From Takakia lepidozioides (Eukaryota; Plantae; Bryophyta), in contig CM060733.1 in the NCBI GenBank assembly GCA_030704615.1, positions 806,001-870,000 of the forward strand: a stretch of 64,000 nt of DNA, in the 5' to 3' direction. The position numbers were made by a program, and so were the translations under genes. Each line of letters opens with the position of its first letter. Within the stretch, counting starts at the first letter, position 1. The notes under the pieces were generated by a model. The model was given only the letters and a program-made list of their open reading frames with translations, was not told the DNA's origin and made no database searches. This document shows, piece after piece, positions 23,185 to 34,581 of the stretch.

Positions 23185-25770
23185 GGAGATGCCCAGTGTT
23201 ATGACTTGCACCCTGAGTTGCGCCCAGGCCAGTTCCAAGGAAACAATGGTGGCCGGGGGCGAGGTGGACCAGCCCAGAGAGGACGAGGTGGTCGGGCACA
23301 GGTGCAGGCCAAGGGCAAGCTCAACATGGCCAAGGACGCGGAGGTCAGGGTGTTGACCAAGACATGGCCAACCGGCTTCAGCAGCTAGAGCAGAGGCTCG
23401 CTGCCATGGCTACAGCTCAGGTGGTACCGGCTCCCAGGCAGGATGGTCCACCTCCTGCTCCTGAGGGAGGAGATATGGGAGGCATGGGATTCATGTGCGG
23501 AGCAGCACTACCACTAGTGCAGGTGGAGTCTGCTGCAGCCGTGACTCGAGGAGCAGCACGAGTTCCTGAGCCACGAGGTGTAGAGGTGGAATTGGATCCA
23601 CAGCGTGGGAAAACAAGCTGTCAGGCGAGGCTTCCTCAGTCATTCACTTTGGCGGAGACAGTGTCGACGCCATCCATGGCACCTAGTTCTCGCCCGACTG
23701 TTACCAAGGCGGAGGTTACTATGCCATTGGGGAGAGCTACACGTGTAGCACTGACACCTGCTACCAAAGCTAGTGCAGCCGGTGTGTTATTGGGGGCAGC
23801 CACCTCTGTGTGTCAAGCCCCACTGTTCTCGGCAACCATGATTGCGACGCCGGGGGTAAGACCAGCTGCAGTGTTCAGACTAGCAGCAACACTCTACGAG
23901 AGTGGGGAGGTCACTTCATCTTCTGCGGAGTTACTGGAAGGTGTAGTGGCAGAGGGATCCTCGGATTTGAGGGTCAAGACTGCCACGGCTGCGCCATGGC
24001 AAGCTGCAGCTGCCAGGTTGACGGAGCTGCCAGCTAGGCCAGCCTTTGAGAGCGCCATGGTGACACCTGGAGTTGTCTTGTTAGACAACCAGGGAGGCAT
24101 TTTCACTTTGAGTGGACCGGCAGGCAAGAAGTACCGGCCACTGCGGGTCTTGTTGGACTCAGAAGCTCAGCCACTGATGTTGGGCAGAGCTGCTATTGCA
24201 GGTTTGGGCCTCATGGAGGCGGATATGGAGCCTTGTCCTTTCCAGATACAGACATCTCTGGGAGGATCAGAGCAGGCTCGGGGCATGACACGGCGTGAGT
24301 TGGCCATTGGACTACAACCAGATCATCATGTAGATGGCTCAGTGATACGAGCCAAGGTCATTGTGACAGACGCGGTATCTTACGATGTCCTTGTTGGTGG
24401 GGCAGTGTTATATCCCATGGGCTTCACCCTGGACTTTTGGGAGGCGTCAGCATCCTACAGGCCTGGATGGCAGTCAAGGGATGGTCGTCGTGCACAGCTC
24501 CCTATGACATTCATTGGGGGTATTGCGGCTGCCCAGCGGGGCAAGATGCCAACACTAGCCGCCTTTACAGCTGCAGTTAGTTGGCCTGGAGAGTTGCTGG
24601 AAGGCAATGCCCATGCAGAGGATGTGCCACCTCCAGCAGAGCAGGATGACATGCATGGTACGGCGGAGTTGCCTGCCATGGTTGCTCACACTCCATTATG
24701 GGGTACGAGCAAGGATTTGCAGCAGGCTGCTGATGAACGGGTACAACAAGCCTGGGTAGAGGCCTTCGTACCGTCAGGAGAAGAGGAGAGTGCGGTGATT
24801 GCACCAGGACCACCTCAGTTGTCGCCATTGGACACCACACCTCTTGTGTGGCAGTGCCCGGATGAAGGCATATGCCTTCTGGACTTGTTTGGCGGGATCA
24901 GCACTGGATTGGCTGCAGTACTGCAGGCAGGTGTACGAGTTTGACGTTACCTGTATGTGGAGAGGGATGAGACTGCACGACGCGTCTCACTGCGCCACGT
25001 TGCTCAATTGGTACAGCAGTACCTTGATTTGTTGCCAGTGTCTGCAGTTCGTGGATACCAACAAGCCTTGCCAGCCGACATTTCGTTGCTGGGGGCGCAG
25101 GATTTGGAGCTGGTTGGCTCCATTGATCTGGTAGTGGCAGGTTGGCCCTGCCAAGGGCATTCATCAGCCGGGCATAGCAATGGATTGCGAGACTCGAGGA
25201 CGGGTCTGTTTTGGGAGATGGTGCGGATTTTGTGTCACTTGCAGCTTCATCAAGCTGTATCTCCAGCATACATCTTGGAGAATGTGCCACTGATGGGTGA
25301 TTCTCGGGCCAGGGTGATGGCCAGTGTGCATCAAGTCCGGTCGTGGCTTGGGTCAGCAGTGTTGCTGGATGCAGCTGCAGTGGGGTCATGGGCTCATCGT
25401 CCACGGCTATGGTGGACTAACTTGATGCCACCCGCACTGCTCAAGCGTGCATTTGATGGGGTGCAGCGGCCAGCACACCTCACAGTGGATAGCATTTTGG
25501 ACAAAGGGAGGCAGTCTCAACGTGTGAGACACGATGACCGTTCGCCTTTGGTAGTGGTCAACAGGGTGGGTCAACCACGGCAGCATTACCTACACTGCTC
25601 AGCTTCCCAGGATCCCATGCTTTTCGGGGTGGTGGACCTGGCCTCTTATGGGATAGCCAGTTGCAACAATTAGTGGAGCCCAATGCTGACGAGTGCGAGC
25701 GGGCGATGGGTTTTACCACAGGTACCACGGTGGTGCCATCTCTTTCTGAGGCATCACGTTGTCAGGTGTT
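23185..25770 (+). mobile_element. Gypsy gag C-terminus, aspartic protease and C5 DNA methyltransferase (5' half of the DNMT element)
   Basis: CYDLHPE knuckle end and RGG tract; VLLDSEA...DVLVG protease; DNMT motifs follow in the same frame apart from a TGA at ~24942. Confidence 0.85.
24865..25770 (+). pseudogene. C5-cytosine methyltransferase domain inside pol
   Basis: I LDLFGGISTG, II YVE, IV AGWPCQ, VI LENV, VIII AHRPRLWWTN, IX ERAMGF; motif X LGQAMD lies at 18819. Confidence 0.9.
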
Positions 25771-26842
25771 TGTTAGAGGACTGTCTGGGACTTAGACACT
25801 TATACGGGATCTGTGGGGTACCCTTAATTTTTGCACAGACTGAGACCAACATGAGCCTTAGGGGTGACAGCAGCGCACTTTAGAGGGGGGTTACACAGCC
25901 CGTCACAGTCCGACACAGCCGACACAGCCAGACACAATCAACACAGCTCGTCACAACCCGACACAGCCCGTCACAGCCAACACAGCCCGTCACAGCCGAC
26001 ACAGCCGACACAGCCAGACACAGTCAACACAGCCCGTCACAGTCCGACACAGCCGACACAGCCAGACACAGCCGTCACAACCAGTCACAGCTTGACACAG
26101 TCGACACAGCCCAACACAGTCGCACAGCCAGTCACAGCTTGACACAGCTGTCACGACCATAGGGAACGGATAACAGGACAGGGAACGACTGTGGGGAACA
26201 ACATCTGCGAATGGAACATGTTAGTACACGGATGACGACGGTTAGTGAGGGAAACGGTTAGAACAACGGGTAGGAAGATAAAGCCAAGAGCTAGGACGGG
26301 AGAATGATCACTTCTTGGGGAATCACTGCTGGAAGGAGTGGGAGGAGCACTTCTTGGGGGGGGGACTTCGGACATCACGGGGAAAATGAGGCAGAGAGCG
26401 TATCTCTGAACAGAAAGAGGGAGAGCATGGAGTAGGAGGAGGACGATCTGTTGATGCTTAATGAATGCAGGCAGTAGAATTGTAATGTAGAGCAGATTAG
26501 AGACTCCATGGCTTCAGCCTGATACTTGATAGATATTAATCTGATACACACTTCATACTCACACTCTGTAGAGAGATCTGAGTGAAGCTGTGGAATGAAT
26601 GTATGAGTTGATGGAATCCGATAGATTACTGAAGCAAACTGATACTTAATTACCAACAGTAAGGTAACTAGCTAACATGAATGCGGGAAGGAAAACAAAT
26701 AGGAAACACCCCCATGATACACTAGCTGTAGGTCATGACTGATTGTTCTGAGCGAGCTGAGTGCTTAGAGATTTCCAACTCTTCTATCTTGGAGTTTCCG
26801 CCTCGGATAGCGAAGGGATGGGTGAGTAAAAGCCACGCGACA
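25771..26842 (+). mobile_element. 5' LTR of the Tat/Ogre-like element
   Basis: TG...CA, preceded by GTGTT and followed by a PBS. Confidence 0.9.
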
Positions 26843-26844
26843 TT

Positions 26845-26862
26845 TGGCGACCATACTGGGGA
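26845..26862 (+). promoter_or_regulatory. Primer binding site (tRNA-Arg-like, Tat/Ogre type)
   Basis: TGGCGACCATACTGGGGA 2 nt after the LTR end. Confidence 0.7.
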
Positions 26863-27318
26863 ACTGGGTCATGAACAACCAGATGTGACAGGCATCTGGT
26901 GGGATCATGGTGGTTGGAGAATTAAAGAATTTGATGTGAATCAAATTCCTTGTGAAACTGAGAAGGAAAGATTTTCCAAACGATTCTTTCAGAGGTTCTT
27001 GGAATTGCCAGACGGTTGTAAGGAAAACATTCTTAAGAGAGTGCATGATGCTGACCCTGAGTGGGGTTTGGAGAAAGGAGTGATAAAGATTTATCAGGTG
27101 GCCTGTAGAGGAAGAGCCCAGTAGGCCAGTCGTGCCCAACTTGTGTGGTCCGTTGTGTTGCAGCTCAAGAAGGGCCATTGGCTTGTAGCCCATTCTGGCT
27201 GGCAGGCATATTGCTGGATTCACCGTGACCTGTAGCGCTGATGGTTTTACTTGGCGGGAGCGGTAGCTTGTCAAGAACCAGGTTGGCATGAGTGTAGAAA
27301 TTGGTCAAGTTGAGTTAC

Positions 27319-28932
27319 ATGAGTGAAGAAGAAACCCAAGGGCTGAACTTGGAGGATGAAAACCGAGAGAAGAAATTGGAAGAGGAAGAATATGAAGAAG
27401 TAGACCCAACAGCTGAGGTTGAAACTACAACCAGGACATCCCAACCCGTTGGACCTGGATCAAGTGGAGCACTTGGATCACAGGCCAACGAAGGTGTCGG
27501 CTCAGGGGGATCAAGCGGGCTGCCTGGATCTGGCTCTGGGGGGACAGGGAGTGTGGGAAGTAGTGCAACTGAAGCTGGGAATACTGTCAATATCGTGGGG
27601 CCAAAAGCAGGGAGTGCTCAAGGGCCACCACTTGGTGGAAGATCCACCACAACAACAACAGGTCCAGAAGGACCAGCACCAGCAAGGGTGCCAGCACCTG
27701 TCAGTGGGCAGAAGGTAGGGCCACAGATGGCGTTACAACCAACACGGGCAAAACCACATTTTCCAATATATTCAGGAAAAGAGGATCCCGATGTACACAT
27801 TAGCCAATTTGAGCACATGTGTATAGTGAACAATGAGAATGGCGATGATGCCAAGATGAGATTGTTTCCTTGTTCACTTATCAAGAAAGCAAGTGAATGG
27901 TATGCAAGATTCCCTGATAATCATTTCCTAACCTGGAATGGCTTGAATACAGCATTCCGAAATAGGTTCAGGACAAGTAAAACTGAGGATGAAGTGTATG
28001 GAAGTTTACAACAGTTAAAGCAAAAGAAGCATGAAACTATTGAGGAGTATATGGAAAAGATGGAATTGATGATGAAAAAGCTGGCTGCAGTACTAGCACC
28101 AGGTTTACAGAAGACTTGGTTTGTGAGTGGACTAAGACCAGAAATGCAAAAGAAAGTGGATATGTTACCCCATAATACAGTAGAGGAGGCATTTGAAACT
28201 GCAAACAGAATTGAGCAATTGGGAATGCTCAGGAGAGAGAAAAGGGATGATGAGGACTCTGAGGATGAGTCAGATGAAGAAGAAGAGCAAGAACTAAAAA
28301 GGAAGAGTAAGATAAAGGAGAAGTTGAAGAGGGATAACTATGAGAAAAGATTGGAAGAAATCTTGAAGAAGTATGCCACAGAGGCTGTAACACATTGGAG
28401 GAAGGGTGTATGGTGTGCAAAGTGCCAGAATGAAGGCCATACCACCACAGAATGCCACATGAAGGAGAAACACTATACTATCTGTAAAATGGATAACCAT
28501 TCTACTGAGAATTGTTACTACAACAGAAGGACAGCTGCAAGAGAACCTAGGCAAGTAAGGGTGCATCAAGTGCAGCCCCAGCCAAGAAGAAACAATGATC
28601 AGGACCACTATGGTAGGTCTGGTGGTTATAACAATGGCATGGAAGGGAGAGGTAATTCAAGAGGAAATTACCAAGGAAATTCCAGAGGCAACTATCAGGG
28701 TAATCCAAGGGGGAATTACCAGCCCGGGAATCAGGATTACAGAAATAATCCAAGAACAGACCAAGGGCGAGGACCCAATGGTGAAGAACTATGTTACTAT
28801 TGTAATCAGCCAGGACATCGCAGGGCAGCCTGTTCATTCTGGATTAGACACCAAAATGAGATGAGAGCTCCTGTGAATGAGGGCCCAGTGGTGGCAGCTC
28901 ACATGGTTAGGCCATGTGTTGTACCAGAATGA
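27319..28932 (+). CDS. gag: Gag polyprotein
   Basis: YSGKEDPDVHI...LFPCSL..KASEWY...LKQKKHETIEEY; knuckles CAKCQNEGHTTTEC and CYYCNQPGHRRAAC. Confidence 0.9.
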   Translation: MSEEETQGLNLEDENREKKLEEEEYEEVDPTAEVETTTRTSQPVGPGSSGALGSQANEGVGSGGSSGLPGSGSGGTGSVGSSATEAGNTVNIVGPKAGSAQGPPLGGRSTTTTTGPEGPAPARVPAPVSGQKVGPQMALQPTRAKPHFPIYSGKEDPDVHISQFEHMCIVNNENGDDAKMRLFPCSLIKKASEWYARFPDNHFLTWNGLNTAFRNRFRTSKTEDEVYGSLQQLKQKKHETIEEYMEKMELMMKKLAAVLAPGLQKTWFVSGLRPEMQKKVDMLPHNTVEEAFETANRIEQLGMLRREKRDDEDSEDESDEEEEQELKRKSKIKEKLKRDNYEKRLEEILKKYATEAVTHWRKGVWCAKCQNEGHTTTECHMKEKHYTICKMDNHSTENCYYNRRTAAREPRQVRVHQVQPQPRRNNDQDHYGRSGGYNNGMEGRGNSRGNYQGNSRGNYQGNPRGNYQPGNQDYRNNPRTDQGRGPNGEELCYYCNQPGHRRAACSFWIRHQNEMRAPVNEGPVVAAHMVRPCVVPE

Positions 28933-30908
28933 ATCCAGAGAAGTGTACTTTCTGTGTGAACTCAGGGATGCTTCTGGGACACATTGTGTGTAAGAGGGGA
29001 CTTCTTGTGGATCCCAAGAAAACAGAGGCCATTAAAGCCTCTCCACCACTAGTGAATGTTAAGAGTCTAAGGAGATTCCTTGGACAAACAAGCTATTACA
29101 GAAGATTTGTCAGACGGTATGCACAGATAGCAGCACCATTGAGCAAACTTCTGAAGAAAGATGCAGTGTTTGCATGGACACCTGAATGTCAACAGGCTTT
29201 TGAGGAACTTACATTGTCAGTAACAACTACGCCTGTGCTGATTAGTCCTCACTGGCAGGAAATATTTCATGTTCACTGTGATGCTTCTGGAGAAGCACTA
29301 GGAGCAGTGTTAGCCCAAAATGTAACATGAAGGATAGATTCACCTCTGTACTATGCTAGCCGATTGATGAACAATGCCGAAAGAAATTATAGCACAACGG
29401 AAAGAGAAGCATTGGCAATGATCTATGCAGTGAAGAAATTCAGGCATTACCTGTTGGGCAAGAAGTTTATGTTCTATGTGGATCACCAGGCTCTGATATA
29501 TCTGGTAAACAAACCTCTGATAAGCGGAAGAATAGCAAGATGGTTGATAATCTTGCACGAGTTTGAATTCGAGGTTGTTTACAAGCCTGGGAGACTGCAT
29601 CTTGTGGCGGATCACTTGTCACGGTTATCAACTGGAGAACCAGCCACAGGAGTAGATGATCAATTACCAGATGCGAGTCTATTTGCAGTGGAGGTGCAGG
29701 GAAGTGCAGATGACTGGTTAGATTGGCAGTGGCCAATCAGATACTACCTTGCTCATGGTCAGTGCCCACCAAGTTATGGAAAGGAGCAGAGAAAGAGAAT
29801 TGCTATCAAGGCTCTACCTTACACTATGGTAGGGAGCAGAATGTATAAGCTAGGACCAGATGGAGTGCTGAAGCGATGCTTATACCACCATGAAGTTAAT
29901 AAAGTTTTGGAGGAAGTTCATAAAGGAGTGGCAGGAGGTCATTTTGGAGAAGAGACTACCAGCAGGAAAATACTACATGCAGGTTACTGGTGGCCTACTT
30001 TGTTCAAAGATGTACACAAGTATTGCCAGAGTTGTGATGAATGTCAGAGGCTAGGACCTTTGCAGAGATCTGGGAAAATGGCTTTGCATCCTACAATGCC
30101 TACGGAACCATTTCAGAAATGGGGACTAGACTTTGTTGGACCAATTAACCCACCAGCCAAGAATACACAGAACAGGTACATAATTACAGCCACTGATTAT
30201 ACTACGAAGTGGGTGGAAGCTAAAGCTTTGAGGGACAACACAGCCAAGTCCACAGCAAGGTTTCTGTATGAGAACATACTTACACGATTTGGCTGTCCCT
30301 TGGAATTTATCAGTGATCAGGGAAGTCACTTCATTAATGAGACCATTGAATTGTTGACTAAAGAGTTCATGATTGTGCATAGGAAGAGTACAACGTAATG
30401 GGCAGGCAGAGGCTACCAACAAAATACTATGTACTATCTTGGCTAAGATAGTCAATGCAAACAGAACGGATTGGGATACAAAGCTGCTGACAGCTTTGTG
30501 GTCATACATGACTTCATATAAAGTCACCACTAAGTATACACCATTCCAATTAGTGTCAGGAAACATGAATTATACCATGTGGAAGAAGTACGTGCTGATG
30601 CAGCTGATAATATGACCAGAATTCAGATGAAGAGAAAGGAACAGTTTGATGAAGGCAAGTTAAAGACTTTTAAGACGGGAGATTTGGTTCTATGGTTGCA
30701 GAAGAAAGGAAAGATTAAAGCTTCTAAGCTTAAATCACCATGGAAAGGACCTTATGTCATACAAAAGATGTATGATAACAACACCGCCATGTTACAAACC
30801 ATTAACAAAGAAATGCTGGGAAGAGTCAATGCTAATAAGTTGAAGGGGTACAGTGGTATCCATGACAAACCATTGCAGCATGATTTGCATGTTGAAACGC
30901 AAAAGTAG
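28930..30908 (+). pseudogene. pol: pol remnant: RT C-end, RNase H, integrase; protease and RT core deleted
   Basis: NPEKCTF...HCDASG...YSTTEREALA...ADHLSR...GHFG...CDEC...GLDFVGP...SDQGSHF...WKGPY. Confidence 0.9.
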
Positions 30909-30994
30909 TCACGGGCTGCACCAGTGATACCAACGGAGTATGGAGCACTTGTCCCTAGGCCGAGCATATATGACCAGGGCGGGCAGAACAAGCG

Positions 30995-31175
30995 CGACAC
31001 AGCCTATCACAGCCCAACACGGAGCAATACAGCCTATCACAACCTACCACAGCGTGTCACAGCCTATCACAGCTTACCACAGCGTGTCACAGCCTATCAC
31101 AGCTTACCACAGTGTATCACAGCCTATCACGGCATACCACAGTATGACACAGCCTGTCACAGCTTAACACAGCCT
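30995..31175 (+). repeat. ~10/30-bp CACAGC tandem repeats after the integrase
   Basis: CACAGCCTATCACAGCTTACCACAGCGTGT repeats, related to the LTR repeat. Confidence 0.8.
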
Positions 31176-31884
31176 ACTAGGGTTACACAATCCATAGAAT
31201 CAGTGACAGGTGGACGCAGGATAACTTCAGTGAAATGGCCGGCGGAAGAAAAGACGGAAGCCAGTTTAGAAAGGGACACGTGGAAGTCAGGGCGCCACAC
31301 ACAGCTGAGAAGGAAGTGCAAGAACGGATGTCATCAAGAAAGAGGACAAGAATGGCCGTCAAAATACCTAATCAGCGCGTCAAACTGGATGAATGGCGGG
31401 CCCATTAATGAATACAGAAAAGGGGCAACAGAACAAACGGCAAGTACAGAAAAGCGAAATTCTTGTCACATGTGTTATCCTAGTGGACAGTCCAGCAGGG
31501 AAAGTCCACTAAAGAAAATTAAATCTAAAATCCAGTCACAGCGGTTACAGCCAATCGAAAGCCAGAGAAGGGATCAAGAAATTGGAGGGAAATTAAGCGC
31601 AAGAGTCGGCGTCGTTCTAAGTAACGGGCGTCGCGACGGGACAAACCATCAATACGATAGCTTTGAAGCTATGGAGGAACTAACAGACTATACGCTCGCA
31701 ATATTACTTACGCAGTGGCATAGGGACAAAAGAACAGAACGGATCTTTTCTCTTGATCGATGCTTGCAAGCCCCGCAGGCTTACAAGAAATTACCCATAG
31801 CTTTTTGTGGCAACCATACGTTTATGCTTTGTGCACTACAGGCATTTCTTCAATTGTTACAGCCAAATCATTTTTGTGGGTCTA

Positions 31885-34475
31885 GAATGAAGAGAGTGAG
31901 AGGAATGAAAGAAATCAGGGTGAAGAGCACCACAATCCTGCAGAAACAAACGATTGCTACTCCACAGGCGGTGAAGTTACTGAAAGAGCTGCGATTGGAA
32001 GGATTGCAAAGCAAAGATTGGACATTCCACCATAGACAGTACATGTTACAATTCTTGCAGAACTTTGAGCCACGGACAGGAGCAACAACGGTGAAGGGAG
32101 TTGAATTACTAATTACTTCCCTATACCTACAGCAATTGTTTCGATTGCCAGCACGCCAGGTGCATGTGGAGGAGCACAGGGCAAGACTGCAAATAGGGGA
32201 CTTATTCCAAGAAGGGAGTTTATTTAAAACTCAGGGTTATGCTTGTACCAAGGCCGTGTACCCAGGGCTAAGGGAGGTAGGCCATGTATTGAACGTTCTG
32301 TTTGCCATGAAACAGAACCAATAGTATTTGAGCAGATCCTTCACAGAAGAAATACTCAAAGCCCTGAGAGGGGAAGAGGTAGAATGGGCGGATATAATGT
32401 ACAACGCACTGGTAGAGGAGATGAAAAGATTAGATGGTACTGCCGCAAAGTCTCCTATCATAGTGTCTGGCCCAATCATTCCTCAAATAATTCTTGATTC
32501 TGGCATACTTGATGCGCGAGAAAGAAAAGAGATGGGAGTGTTTGAGCCAGAAACCACTGCAATGGAAGAGCAAGGCTCTTCACACAGTGAAAGTGGACTG
32601 GCAGGGCAACCCGAGAATAAGAGACAGAGGCGGGGAAAGACTGTAGTGGCGGATCCACTGGCTTCACGGAATCCGCATGATAATGTTTCCCAAGTTTTTG
32701 TGCAGGAAGGGGCACAGCAGCACAGAGAACTGCTATTACTGGAAGCAGGACCTTCAGAGAGGGAAGAGGAAGTTACTTCAGTATCACAGCCATCACATCC
32801 AGAGGATTGGCTTGTCACAAGGTTACCACAAGTTGTCCATGCAGTTCAACCAGAAATAATTGATTTAGAAAAAGAAGGGTTAGATATTCCCACTACAGAA
32901 CAGGTGGTGGCAGAAATTGAGAAGGGGACCTTCTCTATGAATATTCTGGTATGGTCAAGGACACAGTGATTCCAGAGGTGCAACGGTTGTCCAAGGGAAA
33001 CCCTGCGGCACATATAATACACACACCTGTGACGGAGGTACCACAGGTAGAATGCCAAGACACTGCAGCACCAGTGACGGATAAAGTGGTTCAGGAAGAA
33101 AATCTGGTGGGGCAATGGCCTGAATGGTTCGTAAGGCATCACACTGTTGAGGATCAGGGAGAACAACAACAAGCTCACCAAGATGACCCTCAATAGGCTA
33201 TGCTTATGAGTTCCATAAGCAGGACACTGAATTTGTTGGGTACTTATGTCAAATCCCATGTTCCCACTACTCAATTGGCAGCTTTGAGGGAATAACTCAG
33301 GAAAGAGTTTGAGGCTCGACTTGCCACAAAGTGTGCAAACAAGGTCGATGAAGAGGTCACTCTCAAAATGCAGCAAGACTTGGAGAGTACAAAAGCGGCT
33401 TTGCAATTGGCCAAGGAACAATTGATTGAGGCAGGCCTCGCACAAGACCACTTGCACGAAGCACATAAGCAACAGCTATACCAAATGCAGGTGAAGCATG
33501 AAAGCAAGTTGCAAGAAGTGAATGCACTACATATGGAGTTGCAGACAGTGCATGACAGGATGGCCATCCAATGTGCTACACTCACAACTATGCTTGACCA
33601 ATCTACAACAGAAATAAACAGTCAAGCGGAAAGATGTACGAAGGCAGAGGAAGAGAATGTTGAGCAAATGAAACTCATTGTCGATATGAAGAATACAATC
33701 TGTCGCAATGAGGATACTTTCAAGCAATACAGACAGGTTGAAGCTGACCAAGAGAGGCACATACTAGAGTTGCAACAAACGGTCATGGCCAATAGAAATG
33801 AAATCTCGGTCACTAACAAGGCTTGGAAGAAAGCCAATAATCTGCTTGCTGCCTATGCGAATTTGGTTGAACCTCATGCGAAGCGCATGGAGGCTTTACA
33901 ACAGCAGTTAGATGTGTACAAACTCAGAGAGGAGCACACTCTCAGAGGAACCACAAGCAACTTGGTGGATAACCACCTTATGCAGGTCTGGTTAGCACAA
34001 GGGCCAGTGGAGGGCAAAGCACCATGAAAGCTCACCCAAAGCGAGATGAATGAGCTCAGACTGCAAGTGCAGAACATTGCCACAACTACTATAGACAATG
34101 TCTATAGTAGGATAGCGGAGTTACAGGAAGATGTAGACGGCTTGCAGACTCAAGTGGAGGACCTCACTTCAAATATCGACAAAAGAGTCTATATACCTGA
34201 GGAACAGCTAATGGCTTCTTATTTACAAGCCAGAACTTTGGCTTTTCAGTCTTCTTCACAGGAGGTGCAGGAGAGGCCAATGATACAAGAGCCAGTGCCA
34301 CCAACACCACAACAAGTCACTGTGCCAGTAGCTGACCCTGTTGTTACTACAGCCACACCACAGCCACCACAGCCTGAGGTATGGGGGAATGCTGCTTTTA
34401 ACCCACCTAAAACTCCAGCTGCAAGGGAGTAGAGTAGGGCTATGATTATGCCCTTCAACCAAATTCCCATTATGT
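31885..34475 (+). pseudogene. Large accessory 3' ORF (plant-transposon-like domain + coiled coil)
   Basis: Chain of ORFs split by stops and frameshifts; VEWADIMYNALVEEM...SGPIIPQII, then long heptad-rich segments. Confidence 0.6.
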
Positions 34476-34581
34476 TTAAGGCCTCTGTTGGTCTAAGTCT
34501 TCCCTTCGTAAGTCTGCGCAAAAATTAAGGGTACCCCACAGAGCCCGTAAAAGTGACTAAGTCCCAAACAGCCCTCTAACA
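34476..34581 (-). mobile_element. Inverted 5' fragment of a related LTR
   Basis: Reverse complement TGTTAGAGGGCTGTTTGGGACTTAG...; about 90% match to the first 71 bp of 25771. Confidence 0.85.

Noticed and set aside
9358-25770. Bacterial contamination or a restriction-modification operon
   Set aside because: The ParB-MTase gene has conserved GT-AG introns, the DNMT is embedded in pol, and no restriction enzyme is recognisable.
25771-34581. Retroelement bounded by 71-bp terminal inverted repeats
   Set aside because: The right copy is a truncated inverted LTR start from a related subfamily and has no TSD. The true partner LTR, with PPT and GTGTT TSD, is at 17797-18815.
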